DNA from: an uncultured bacterium
GTDB taxonomy: Bacteria > UBP14 > UBA6098
DNA length: 64,000 nucleotides
Direction: 5' to 3'
Assembly (NCBI GenBank): GCA_964459995.1
Contig: CAYWOR010000001.1
Span: 79,496-143,495 of the forward strand
The position numbers and the translations under genes are program-made. This document shows positions 9,102-18,259 of the stretch, piece after piece (the first letter of the stretch is position 1; the number at the start of each line of letters is the position of its first letter). The notes beneath the pieces are model-generated. The model worked only from the letters and a program-made list of their open reading frames with translations, was not told the DNA's origin and did no database searches.

Positions 9102-10194
9102 TTTAGGCGCTCTTATCCTGCTTGCGGGGCTTGGAATAGCGGCTATGGCCGTTGTCGAGTTCTCGAAAATCAGGGTAAACAAGAGCTATTACGAAGAGAA
9201 AGTAATCGCGAGTCAGCTTGCTTTTCGTGCCGCCGAGGTTGTTCGTTCCTCGAAAATAGGCGTGCAGATTGTGATCGATCCTATTGCAGACCGCAATGCG
9301 ACAGGTCTTATCGGCGATCAATTCACGATTATCACTACCGACCGCGGAAGTCTTACGGCGAAGCTCACAACGACGAATCCGAACTGGGCGGCAGTAATTG
9401 TCGATATGCTTCACGAAGCTGGGGTGGAAGCCGGCGATAAGGTCGCTGTCGGATACACCGGATCGATGCCGGCATTAAATATAGCCGCACTTGCCGCAAT
9501 ACAGACAATCGGTGCCGAGCCGGTGATTATTTCCAGCGTTGGCGCATCTATGTGGGGTGCGAATAATCCCGAGTTCGCATGGCTGGATATCGAAACACTG
9601 CTTTATGAAAAGGGTATTTTCAGATATCGAAGTGTTGCTTCGACGCTTGGTGGGCGAGGAGATGTCGGCGGCAATGTTTCCCCTGAGGGAAGGGCGATTC
9701 TTCGCGCGATTATCGAACGCAACGGTGTCGAGAAAATCGAAGAACCCACTCTCGATGCCAACATCAAAAGGCGTGTGGAGATTTATAAATCGCATCTCAC
9801 AGAAGGCGAAAAATATGCCGCATATATCAATATCGGCGGCGGCCTCGGGTCGATTGGAAGCACACAAAACCTCGTCCCAATCAAACCGGGGGTCAATAAA
9901 CGTATTCCCGATGCAAATTATCCTCTTCGAGGCGCGATGATCCATATCGGCGCGATGGGGACGCCGATTATCAATCTTACCGACGTCTCAATTCTCGCTA
10001 ACCGATATGGGTTGCCTATCGCTCCCGAACCATTGCCCGATATTCCCCATGGCGATGTCTATTTCGAGAACCGCTATCGGATGCATCTTGTTATTCCGGC
10101 GTTCATTATATATATCGCCCTTGTTTTTGCAGTCATAAGAATCGATCTCAATACGATCCTTTTCGGACGAAAAAAGAAATCCTCGCAGTCGTAA
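9061..10194 (+). CDS. Putative poly-gamma-glutamate system protein (third component of the locus; not PgsA/CapA-like)
   Basis: 377 aa with N- and C-terminal TM segments; overlaps pgsC by 41 nt (alternative TTG start at 9076 gives MKWRSRRVSLGALILLAGLGIAAMA). Lacks CapA metallophosphatase motifs; family assignment is by locus position and recollection of a PgsB/PgsC-associated family. Confidence 0.4.
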   Translation: MEVTSLKWRSRRVSLGALILLAGLGIAAMAVVEFSKIRVNKSYYEEKVIASQLAFRAAEVVRSSKIGVQIVIDPIADRNATGLIGDQFTIITTDRGSLTAKLTTTNPNWAAVIVDMLHEAGVEAGDKVAVGYTGSMPALNIAALAAIQTIGAEPVIISSVGASMWGANNPEFAWLDIETLLYEKGIFRYRSVASTLGGRGDVGGNVSPEGRAILRAIIERNGVEKIEEPTLDANIKRRVEIYKSHLTEGEKYAAYINIGGGLGSIGSTQNLVPIKPGVNKRIPDANYPLRGAMIHIGAMGTPIINLTDVSILANRYGLPIAPEPLPDIPHGDVYFENRYRMHLVIPAFIIYIALVFAVIRIDLNTILFGRKKKSSQS

Positions 10195-10195
10195 A

Positions 10196-10328
10196 ATTGG
10201 GGCGTCGCGCGGCCATAGGCCGCATAGGATAGCCGGAAATATTTTCCGGCTATCCTATGCCTTCTTCGCGGGAGCTTTCGGAAAATGTTTTTCCGAAAGC
10301 TTTTGCGAAGAAGGCGCGACGCCCCAAT
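10196..10328. repeat. 133-nt element of nested perfect inverted repeats (outer 15-bp stem, two internal hairpins of 18 and 13 bp, inner 9-bp stem)
   Basis: Outer arms attggggcgtcgcgc (10196-10210) and gcgcgacgccccaat (10314-10328); hairpin 1 gcataggatagccggaaa-tat-tttccggctatcctatgc (10222-10260); inner stem cttcttcgc (10261-10269) with gcgaagaag (10305-10313); hairpin 2 agctttcggaaaa-tgt-ttttccgaaagct (10273-10301). All stems are exact reverse complements. Confidence 0.5.
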
Positions 10329-10573
10329 GTTTGCATATCCGCTAAATTTTCCTTGCCATTACAAGTTATTTCAATATAATCATGCGCAATGGCCTCGAAG
10401 GCCTTAACTAAATTTCTTAATCGCTTGATATGCAACGTGTTGAGAAAAATATCGACAGAGACCTCGGCTACCGCAACCATGTCTTCGGCGGCCCAGGTGG
10501 CACTTTTTGCTAAACCAGCAAATATTCCCCTATCATTTTATTAAATAACGACTTACCAATTGGAGGTCCAGAT

Positions 10574-11911
10574 ATGAGAAAACTTTCAAGGGCGGAAGTT
10601 GCCGCTATTAATGCTAATAATGTTCATGAGGTTTTGGGCACGGTGATGCTTGCCGACGGAATGGATATGGTTGTAGATCTCGATAAATCACAGGGGCAGA
10701 TGCTCTACGATGCAAAAGCGCAAAAGCCTTATCTCGATTTCTTCAGCTATTTCGCGAGCAATCCGATTGGCCATAATCATCCCAAAATGACAACACCGGA
10801 ATTTATCGAGCTTATGGGCAAAATCGCTGTTCATAATCCCTCGAATTCCGATCTTTATTCTGTCGAAATGGCGAAATTCGTTGCGACTTTCGCACGTGTG
10901 GCGATGCCGGAAAGTATGAATTATCTATTTTTGGTCGCTGGCGGAGGGTTAGCTGTCGAAAACGCTCTCAAGGCGGCTATGGACTGGAAAGTCCGTAAAA
11001 ATGTCGCGGCTGGCAAAGGCGAAATTGGAACAAAAGTGCTTCATTTCGAGAACTCCTTCCACGGCAGAACCGGATATACCATTTCTCTGACAAACACCGC
11101 AGATCCGCGCAAATATATGTTCTTCGCGAAATTCGATTGGCCCAGAGTTCCCGCACCCTATTGCGAGTTCCCGCTCGAAGGCGCTAATTTCGACACTACA
11201 ATCGATAGAGAAAATGTCTCGTTAGAAATGATCGAAGACATTCTAAAGAAAGACGCCGACAATATCTGCTGTATAATCATCGAGCCGATTCAGGCAGAGG
11301 GCGGCGATAATCATTTTCGTAAAGAATACCTTCTCGCGCTGAAAAATCTTTGCCTGAAGTATGACATCCTGCTGGTTTTCGACGAGGTTCAGACCGGCAT
11401 GGGTCTAACTGGCGCGATGTGGGCATGGCAGAAAATCGGTGTAGAACCGGACATCCTCAGTTTCGGGAAAAAGGCGCAGGTGTGTGGTATTATTGCAGGA
11501 TCGAGAATCGACGAGGTTGAAAAGAACGTTTTCCATGAATCGAGCAGAATCAATTCGACATGGGGCGGAAACCTTGCTGATATGGTCCGTTGCAGGAAAT
11601 ATCTCGAAATTATCGAAGAGGAAAATCTCGTCGAAAACGCCGACAAAATGGGTAAACTTCTTCTCAATGGTCTTCTCGAAATCCAGAGAAAACACCCGAA
11701 GGTGTCAAATGCCCGCGGTTCGGGGCTTATGTGCGCTTTCGATCTGCCGGATTCGTCATGCAGAAACGGTTTCATTGAAACATGCATGGAAAAAGGCATG
11801 ATGGTTCTGCCATGCGGGACAAAATCCATACGTTTCCGGCCGAGCCTGAATGTCGAAAAGGAGCATATCGAACGCGCTATCGCCATAATCGACAGCGTTC
11901 TAAGCGAATAG
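10574..11911 (+). CDS. lat: Class III aminotransferase, L-lysine 6-aminotransferase (Lat) family
   Basis: NSDLYSVEMAKFVATFARV, ENALKAAMDWKVRKN, FHGRTGYTISLTNT, EPIQAEGGDNHFR, FDEVQTGMGLTG, FGKKAQVCG (PLP lysine), STWGGNL; GGAGG RBS upstream. Confidence 0.7.
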   Translation: MRKLSRAEVAAINANNVHEVLGTVMLADGMDMVVDLDKSQGQMLYDAKAQKPYLDFFSYFASNPIGHNHPKMTTPEFIELMGKIAVHNPSNSDLYSVEMAKFVATFARVAMPESMNYLFLVAGGGLAVENALKAAMDWKVRKNVAAGKGEIGTKVLHFENSFHGRTGYTISLTNTADPRKYMFFAKFDWPRVPAPYCEFPLEGANFDTTIDRENVSLEMIEDILKKDADNICCIIIEPIQAEGGDNHFRKEYLLALKNLCLKYDILLVFDEVQTGMGLTGAMWAWQKIGVEPDILSFGKKAQVCGIIAGSRIDEVEKNVFHESSRINSTWGGNLADMVRCRKYLEIIEEENLVENADKMGKLLLNGLLEIQRKHPKVSNARGSGLMCAFDLPDSSCRNGFIETCMEKGMMVLPCGTKSIRFRPSLNVEKEHIERAIAIIDSVLSE

Positions 11912-11935
11912 CAAAACAATTAATTCGGATTACCC

Positions 11936-11967
11936 AAAAGGGCGGTTCTAATGCCGCCCTTTTTTTA
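11936..11967 (+). terminator. Rho-independent terminator after lat
   Basis: aaaagGGCGGttctaatgCCGCCCttttttt: 6-bp GC stem, 8-nt loop, 7-T run, about 25 nt after the lat stop. Confidence 0.6.
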
Positions 11968-12040
11968 ATGTTGCTTTATCAGTTCCATTAAGCTAAAATA
12001 TATTGATTTGATATTCAATATCGACACTCGGAGTTTCGGA

Positions 12041-12439
12041 ATGAAAAAAATTATCCTGCTAATCATCATCGTCGGCGGAATCTATCTGCTATATAACCAC
12101 TTCATCGCCGAACCCCGCCAACAGCTTCATGAAGAGACCGCTAATCTTTCCGAGGCCGCACTCAGAGCAAGACAAAACGAAGCTCGTCAGCTTCTGCGAA
12201 TAGCCTACCAAAAGCAACAGTCCTACCACGCTCAGCACGGTAAATACACGAAGAATCTCGACGATCTGAAAGTCCAGACTCGCGGAACCTTCTACAAACT
12301 CGAAAGCAAAAGCGCTACTTTTACAAATTTCGAGATTAGGGCTATTGGCAACATCGACAACGACGGCATTCTCGATGTTTGGGTTGTCGATCAGAATGGA
12401 AATCCGTATAATCTTGTTGACGATGTAAAGAAGAATTGA
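12041..12439 (+). CDS. Small membrane-anchored hypothetical protein (pilin-body-like, no prepilin cleavage motif)
   Basis: MKKIILLIIIVGGIYLLYNHF signal anchor; ATG 12041 with upstream GGAG; stop 9 nt before the cyclase gene. Confidence 0.4.
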   Translation: MKKIILLIIIVGGIYLLYNHFIAEPRQQLHEETANLSEAALRARQNEARQLLRIAYQKQQSYHAQHGKYTKNLDDLKVQTRGTFYKLESKSATFTNFEIRAIGNIDNDGILDVWVVDQNGNPYNLVDDVKKN

Positions 12440-12448
12440 CGATTCGAA

Positions 12449-15412
12449 ATGTCCTCGAAAGGCGACTTAGAAAAATTCGATAACCCCAAAATCGCCCGAG
12501 CGATAGCATCGTTTATTCCCAATCAGGTTCTCTCGCGCGTTGTCCGGAACCCCGAAAAACTCGATAGGGTTGGCGAAAGACGCACAGTTACCGCAATGTT
12601 CGTCGATATTGCGGGTTTCACGTCTTTCTGCGAAAACCGTGATGCCGAAGAGGTTATGCTTCTGCTAAACAGGCTTTTCTCATCGATTCTCGAACCGGTC
12701 GAAAAATTTTCCGGCGAAGTAGATAAATTCATGGGGGATGCCGCAGTCATAATTTTCGGCGCGCCGGTGGCTCATGAGGATGATCCACAAAGAGCGCTCG
12801 CCTCAGCGCTGGAAATAATGGCGCGGATTCAAGAATTTCAAGGGTTGCAGGTTTCTATCGGAATAAATACCGGCGAGGTTGTCGCGGGAATCGTCGGCAA
12901 CGACAACCACCGCGAATACACAGTCATCGGCGACGCCGTAAACACCGCTTCGAGACTCCAAAGCGCCGCCGAGGCCGGCGAAATCCTTGTCGGAAAGGAA
13001 ACTGTGCGGTTGGCAGGAAAAGGATTCCTTTTCGGCGAGGCTCGCAAGCTCGATCTCAAGGGCAAATCGCACCCGATAGAGGCTTTTCCCCTTCGTGGAA
13101 TCTCAATCGAGGAAAAAAAAACTTCATCGGACTGTATAATCGGGCGTGAAAGAGAGCTGTCGGCTGTAAATGCTGTAATCGATGGCACAGCGAAATCCGC
13201 GGCGATAATCGGACCCGCTGGAACAGGCAAAACAACCCTGATTAACCGTATCACAGACGAAGCCATCTCCAAAGGCTATCGCCTAATAGATATTTCCGCG
13301 ATAACATGGGCGGAGAATATCCCATACGCGTCGGTTCAACGCTTAGTTCGCGATATTCTCGGCGCTGACCCGCTTAAAAAACTTCGGAAACTCCTTCCAA
13401 AAAGTGCCGACCTTTTCCCACTGCTCTCAGGATTATTGGGTGCGGAAATTCCCGGAAGAGGGCGGGTGGAATATCTTTCGCCGGAAGAAAAACGAAAAGC
13501 CCTTCAGAGTTTGATTTATGAAATTCTCTCGACCGAGGGGCACAAATCCCCAATATTTCTTGTTTGCGACGGAATAGAAAATCTCGATCCCTCCACCGCG
13601 GAACTTCTCGAAATGGCAATTTCGAACCGCGAATTTCCAGTTGTTATAGCGGGCAGAAACTTCGGAGCGATTTCATCGGCTGTCGATTTTGTTGTCGAGC
13701 TGAAAGCCCTTTCCAAAAAGGATTCTAGTCCTTTGATACGCGATATTCTCGGCGCGGAAAAGATCGGTGCGAATCTTCTTTCGGCGGTTTATAACGAAAC
13801 CGGCGGCAACCCGGGCTGGATAAAAGAGCTTTTGACCCTTATCTCGGAACGGGGCGGCATAACAATCGACAAAGGCGTCCACAGGCTGTCCTCAGCTATC
13901 GAGGGCAAACTGCCGAAGGGCATCGACGGCATCTACACCGCCCGTATCGACGCTTTCCCGCCGGATGCAAGGGAGACTTTGCGCGTCCTTTCCGTGCTTG
14001 GACAGGAATTTCCGAAGGATCTCCCTGAAGAGCTTCTCGATCCATCGATTTACCGGAGCGGAGGCCGAAATCTTGTCGAAATAGGCGTTTTGAGAGACCT
14101 TGGCGAGAAATATCGTTTTGAGTCCGTGCCGCTGATGAAGGCCGCCTATCATTCGCTTTTCCAATCCGTTAGAAAAAAGCTCCATAAATCAGCCGGCGAA
14201 ACAATCGAAAAACGTTTCGCTGACAAACTCGAAGAGCGTTACGAAGAGCTTGCACGGCATTTTCGCCTCGGCGAAGACCCCCGTAAGGCTTTCGTCTATC
14301 AGAACCTCTCCGGACACAAACAGGAAAAGAGTTTCGCGAATCTTGAAGCCTTGCATTATTACAATGAGGCGTTGAGCATCGAAGACGCCGATGCCATCCG
14401 ATGGGGCATTTGGCGAGAACTTCTCGGAACTATCGAAGCCGCGGGAAGGCTGTATTGGTATTCCGGCGATTTGGAAAAGGTCGTCGAGCTGAATGAACGT
14501 GCGAAATCCCTCGCGGAGCAAACCGGCGAAACAGTGATGATCAGCGACGCCGTTAACAGAATAGCCCTCGCATTTCAGGAAATGGGGCGGTTCGACGAGG
14601 CTGGCGAGCTTTATGAGAACCTTCTCGAAATGCTCGGTTCAGTCGAGGGGCAAAAGGAGCGGCTTCTTCAGGCGATGGCGAACTACGGCACCCTTCTTTC
14701 CGACCTCGGCAAGCTCGACAAGGCACGTGCGCTTTATATACGCGGTCTCGATCTTGCCGATGCCGAAACTGTCTCGGCAGGAGCCGCAAATTTACTTGGC
14801 AACCTCGGTTGGCTCGAAGCCCGAATGGAGAATTTCGATGCCGCAGTGGAGAACCTTCAAAAAGCCGGCGAGATAGACGAAAAGCTTGGAAATCTTCGCG
14901 GGCAAGCGATTAACTTGGTGAATCTCGCGCAGATTTTCCGCGCAAGAGATATGAAAACCGAGGAAATTGAAGCCTATAATCGAGCGTATCAAATTTTTGT
15001 AAGCATCGGCGATAGACGCGGGGAAGCGCTCTGCCTATCGAATCTCGGGGACACATCGCGAGAGACTGGTGATATCGAAAAAGCGAAATCGCTTCACCGC
15101 AAAGCTCTTAAGCTTGCCACCCAATTGCGCGACAATATGCGAATTGTCGATGCAAATTTGGGCCTCGCTTTGGATTATTTTGCCGAGGGCGAGGTTAAAT
15201 CTGCCGTCCGACGCGCAAAAACTGCCCTTCATATCAGCATAGAATGTGGCGATTGGGAGGGGCAAATCGAGACCGGAATAGCGTTATTGAATTTTTATAA
15301 CTATCTTCGAGACGAAAAATCCTTTGAAAAACTGTCGAAACAACTTCGGAAAATCATAGAAAACAACAATCCGGCCGCTATTTCGCGGCTTCCAAAAAAG
15401 GAAAAAGGCTGA
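12449..15412 (+). CDS. Class III adenylate/guanylate cyclase domain fused to STAND-type P-loop NTPase and C-terminal TPR repeats
   Basis: Cyclase motifs FVDIAGFTSF, KFMGDAAVIIFGAP, GINTGEVVAGIVG, YTVIGDAVNTASRLQS; Walker A GPAGTGKTT; TPR-like C-terminal half. 987 aa. Confidence 0.8.
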   Translation: MSSKGDLEKFDNPKIARAIASFIPNQVLSRVVRNPEKLDRVGERRTVTAMFVDIAGFTSFCENRDAEEVMLLLNRLFSSILEPVEKFSGEVDKFMGDAAVIIFGAPVAHEDDPQRALASALEIMARIQEFQGLQVSIGINTGEVVAGIVGNDNHREYTVIGDAVNTASRLQSAAEAGEILVGKETVRLAGKGFLFGEARKLDLKGKSHPIEAFPLRGISIEEKKTSSDCIIGRERELSAVNAVIDGTAKSAAIIGPAGTGKTTLINRITDEAISKGYRLIDISAITWAENIPYASVQRLVRDILGADPLKKLRKLLPKSADLFPLLSGLLGAEIPGRGRVEYLSPEEKRKALQSLIYEILSTEGHKSPIFLVCDGIENLDPSTAELLEMAISNREFPVVIAGRNFGAISSAVDFVVELKALSKKDSSPLIRDILGAEKIGANLLSAVYNETGGNPGWIKELLTLISERGGITIDKGVHRLSSAIEGKLPKGIDGIYTARIDAFPPDARETLRVLSVLGQEFPKDLPEELLDPSIYRSGGRNLVEIGVLRDLGEKYRFESVPLMKAAYHSLFQSVRKKLHKSAGETIEKRFADKLEERYEELARHFRLGEDPRKAFVYQNLSGHKQEKSFANLEALHYYNEALSIEDADAIRWGIWRELLGTIEAAGRLYWYSGDLEKVVELNERAKSLAEQTGETVMISDAVNRIALAFQEMGRFDEAGELYENLLEMLGSVEGQKERLLQAMANYGTLLSDLGKLDKARALYIRGLDLADAETVSAGAANLLGNLGWLEARMENFDAAVENLQKAGEIDEKLGNLRGQAINLVNLAQIFRARDMKTEEIEAYNRAYQIFVSIGDRRGEALCLSNLGDTSRETGDIEKAKSLHRKALKLATQLRDNMRIVDANLGLALDYFAEGEVKSAVRRAKTALHISIECGDWEGQIETGIALLNFYNYLRDEKSFEKLSKQLRKIIENNNPAAISRLPKKEKG

Positions 15413-15426
15413 AGGAGGACGATATT

Positions 15427-17280
15427 ATGAAGAAGATGTCGATTTTGGTATTTATCACCCTAATGCTTACCCTGACAGTATTTGCGCAGAGATGGGAGCA
15501 TATCGGCCCTGTTACCGAAAAATTTATCACGGTGAAGGTTCATCCGGATTTTCCCGATACGATTTTCGCAGTGCAGGAGGGGCACTCGGAGCCTTCGCAC
15601 ACGCTTTGGGTTTCGCCCGACCGTGGCGAATCATGGGAGAGAATAGGCGAATACAAAGGTGTCTCGCTTCATCCATCCTCACCGGAAACTCTATTGGTGA
15701 GCCTCGGAATTGGTTCCTTCTCCGATGGTATTTACAAAAGCAGAGACATGGGCAGAAGTATCGAGCCTGAAGCGCTGACATACATGTATTTCGCTTCCGG
15801 TGCGTATTACGACCCCACCGACCCCCGATGCATCTATTGCTGGGGGCAGGGGCTTGTTTACACGCGCGACAGCGGAATTTTATGGGATAGGCCATCTTTC
15901 CCTTCGATTCCCATGAATTATTGGGGAGTTATCATAGACCCGATGGAGAATAGCAATGTTTGGGCATGGACGAACACCGGTTTGGTAATACATTCGCGCG
16001 ATTACGGCGGCGATTGGCCATATATGGAGGGTTATCCGGACGATGTCGCGCCTAACGATATGGCTGTATCTCCCATCGATTTGGAATATGTCTATATGGC
16101 TAATTGGAACGGGATTTCGAGAAGCCGCGATTATGGCGCAAGTTGGGAGGATTTCAGAATGCCATCACAGCCCACGAGCTGTGTTTGGGTTTCCGAGCAT
16201 GATCCTGAATCTATAATCTTCGGCGGCGCGTATGGAGTTTTTAAATCATCCAATGGCGGCGAGACATACGATTTAGTCGGCGATTCTCTCGAATATGAAG
16301 TCCTCGACATCGAGGTAATTCCCTATGGCGGCGGATATCGAATTTACGCCGCGACATCGCGCAACGGCATTATGTTCGCCGAGACAAGCCCATTCTCAAC
16401 AGGGCCGATGATTTCCGGCGCATGGCCGCCCAACGGCAAATGGGTGTCTTTGGAGGATTTCGATGTCAGAATCAAAATTCAGGACCCGGACGGTGTGGAT
16501 GAGTCCTCGATCGTCTTCGAGGTAAACGGCACAGCATACACAACCGCGGACCCGGAGCTTTCTTTCGAGGACACGGTTTTAATTTTCACAGGGCATTTCG
16601 ATGACGGCTCAAATGTCGAGTGCGAGCTTATCTCCGCCGAGGACGCGCTGGGGAATCCATCGAGTGTTCTGCCCTACAATTGGCTCTTCAAAATCGACAG
16701 AACACCGCCACGCGCGACATATATCAACCCGCATCCCGACGACACTGTCTCCGCGACACCGTTTCTTTTCAAGATGCATCTTATCGACGAACGTAGCGGC
16801 CTGAAACTGCCATCCTTCGTCGCGACTTTCAACTCCGTGACAGTCTATTCGAGTTGTATGTCATTTCTCTTCGATGCCGACACGGTTCTTATCGACTTAA
16901 ATGCCGCGGGTCTTACACTCGAAGAGGGTTTGACTATCGAGGTCGGCATCTATGCCGAGGACTCGGTTGAAATTGGTGATGCCAATGCTCTCGACGATGA
17001 ATGGGTTTTCTATGTTGCGAGTGCGGGGATAGGCTACCGCGAACTTCCGCTTTCGCAGAGGCTTCGAATCTCACCGAATCCTTTTAATGCGGCTTGCAGA
17101 ATCGAAACACCTGAAGAATATCGTATTTATGATGCATCGGGCAAGCTAATAATCGAGCGAAAGGCAATGGAACGCAAGGTTTGGGACGGATGTAACGATA
17201 TTGGTATGCCGGTGCCATCTGGGATATATTTTATCCAGACCTCCGGCGGCGAAAGAGCGCGGATTATACTTCTGCGATAG
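15427..17280 (+). CDS. Secreted BNR/Asp-box repeat beta-propeller protein with T9SS-type C-terminal sorting domain
   Basis: Signal peptide MKKMSILVFITLMLTLTVFA; repeated SxDxGxxW-like boxes (SPDRGESW, SRDMGRS, TRDSGILW, SRDYGGDW, SRDYGASW); C-terminus ISPNPFNAACRI...SGIYFIQ typical of T9SS-type sorting domains. Confidence 0.6.
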   Translation: MKKMSILVFITLMLTLTVFAQRWEHIGPVTEKFITVKVHPDFPDTIFAVQEGHSEPSHTLWVSPDRGESWERIGEYKGVSLHPSSPETLLVSLGIGSFSDGIYKSRDMGRSIEPEALTYMYFASGAYYDPTDPRCIYCWGQGLVYTRDSGILWDRPSFPSIPMNYWGVIIDPMENSNVWAWTNTGLVIHSRDYGGDWPYMEGYPDDVAPNDMAVSPIDLEYVYMANWNGISRSRDYGASWEDFRMPSQPTSCVWVSEHDPESIIFGGAYGVFKSSNGGETYDLVGDSLEYEVLDIEVIPYGGGYRIYAATSRNGIMFAETSPFSTGPMISGAWPPNGKWVSLEDFDVRIKIQDPDGVDESSIVFEVNGTAYTTADPELSFEDTVLIFTGHFDDGSNVECELISAEDALGNPSSVLPYNWLFKIDRTPPRATYINPHPDDTVSATPFLFKMHLIDERSGLKLPSFVATFNSVTVYSSCMSFLFDADTVLIDLNAAGLTLEEGLTIEVGIYAEDSVEIGDANALDDEWVFYVASAGIGYRELPLSQRLRISPNPFNAACRIETPEEYRIYDASGKLIIERKAMERKVWDGCNDIGMPVPSGIYFIQTSGGERARIILLR

Positions 17281-18259
17281 TGCGCGCCCAGCGTTCGGCG
17301 AGTTCGATTGCGGCTTTCATGCTACTTGGATCGGCGACATCTTTTCCTGCGATAAGAAAAGCTGTGCCATGGTCGGGGCTGGTGCGGATAATTGGCAGGC
17401 CGAGGGTGGCATTGACACCCTTCTCGAAAGCTATCATCTTGAAGGGTATTAAAACCTGATCGTGAAACATGCCGATAAGCACATCGTAAACAGATCTGAT
17501 TTGCCACAAAAATGCTGTGTCTGGCACAATCGGCCCCGACACATTATAGCCGCGCCCCGAAGCGATAGTCATTCCCTCGACAATTCTCGTCTCCTCATCG
17601 CCCATTATCCCGGACTCGCCGCCGTGCGGATTAAGCGCTAAAACTCCAACGCGCGGCTCTTCGATGCCCTCGAATTTTTTCAGCGCGTCCGAGGTAATCG
17701 CGATCGTTTCGGCGATGAGTTCCGGTGTAACAGCTTTAGGAACATCGCGCAACGCAATATGCCGCGTCGCCGGCACGACCCTGTTCTCCCCCGCGATGAA
17801 TGCCATCACAACGCGGGGAACACTCGCTAAATCCTGCAGAATCTCAGTGTGTCCCGGAAAATCATGCCCGGCCATCTGAATCGCCGCTTTCGACAAAGGA
17901 GCTGTAACCAGAGCATCCGCGCGCCCCTCCATACATTCACGCGCGGCCGTAATAAGCGAGCGAAAAGCAAATTCCCCACCGACGGGCGTCGGGGTTCCGA
18001 AAGGAACAGAGCCGCAGAGTTTCGGTGCACCAAGAAACTCTATCTCCGCCCCCGAATTTTCCTCTCTAATAGAAGCTAATTCCATAATCTCTGCGGCCCA
18101 TCCGTAACGACGGCCAAGTTCGGCGTAAAATTTGGGTTCGCAAGCGAGGATAAAGTGAATGGGCATCTCGCGAAGTGCGAGAACCGCTTTGGCCGTCGTT
18201 TCGGATCCGACGCCCGCGGGATCGCCGAGACTAATTGCGATACGGATTTTTCCGGTCAT
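17264..18259 (-). CDS. pdxA: 4-hydroxythreonine-4-phosphate dehydrogenase PdxA
   Basis: MTGKIRIAISLGDPAGVG start; GHTE, NPHGGE motifs; ATG overlaps stop of upstream gene (ATGA). Longer ORF to 18583 rejected (328-nt overlap). Confidence 0.8.
   Translation of the reverse strand: MTGKIRIAISLGDPAGVGSETTAKAVLALREMPIHFILACEPKFYAELGRRYGWAAEIMELASIREENSGAEIEFLGAPKLCGSVPFGTPTPVGGEFAFRSLITAARECMEGRADALVTAPLSKAAIQMAGHDFPGHTEILQDLASVPRVVMAFIAGENRVVPATRHIALRDVPKAVTPELIAETIAITSDALKKFEGIEEPRVGVLALNPHGGESGIMGDEETRIVEGMTIASGRGYNVSGPIVPDTAFLWQIRSVYDVLIGMFHDQVLIPFKMIAFEKGVNATLGLPIIRTSPDHGTAFLIAGKDVADPSSMKAAIELAERWARTIAEV

Noticed and set aside
9061-10194. Calling the third pgs gene PgsA/CapA
   Set aside because: Lacks the metallophosphatase-like motifs of CapA/PgsA; only the locus position supports a PGA role, so it is annotated generically.
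10196-10328. CRISPR array or mobile element with transposase
   Set aside because: Repeats here and at 50373-50517 are inverted, not direct repeats with spacers; no transposase, integrase or cas gene is present anywhere in the window.
10250-10480. 76-aa ORF on the minus strand
   Set aside because: Sits inside the nested palindromic element; its existence is explained by the repeats, not by coding potential.
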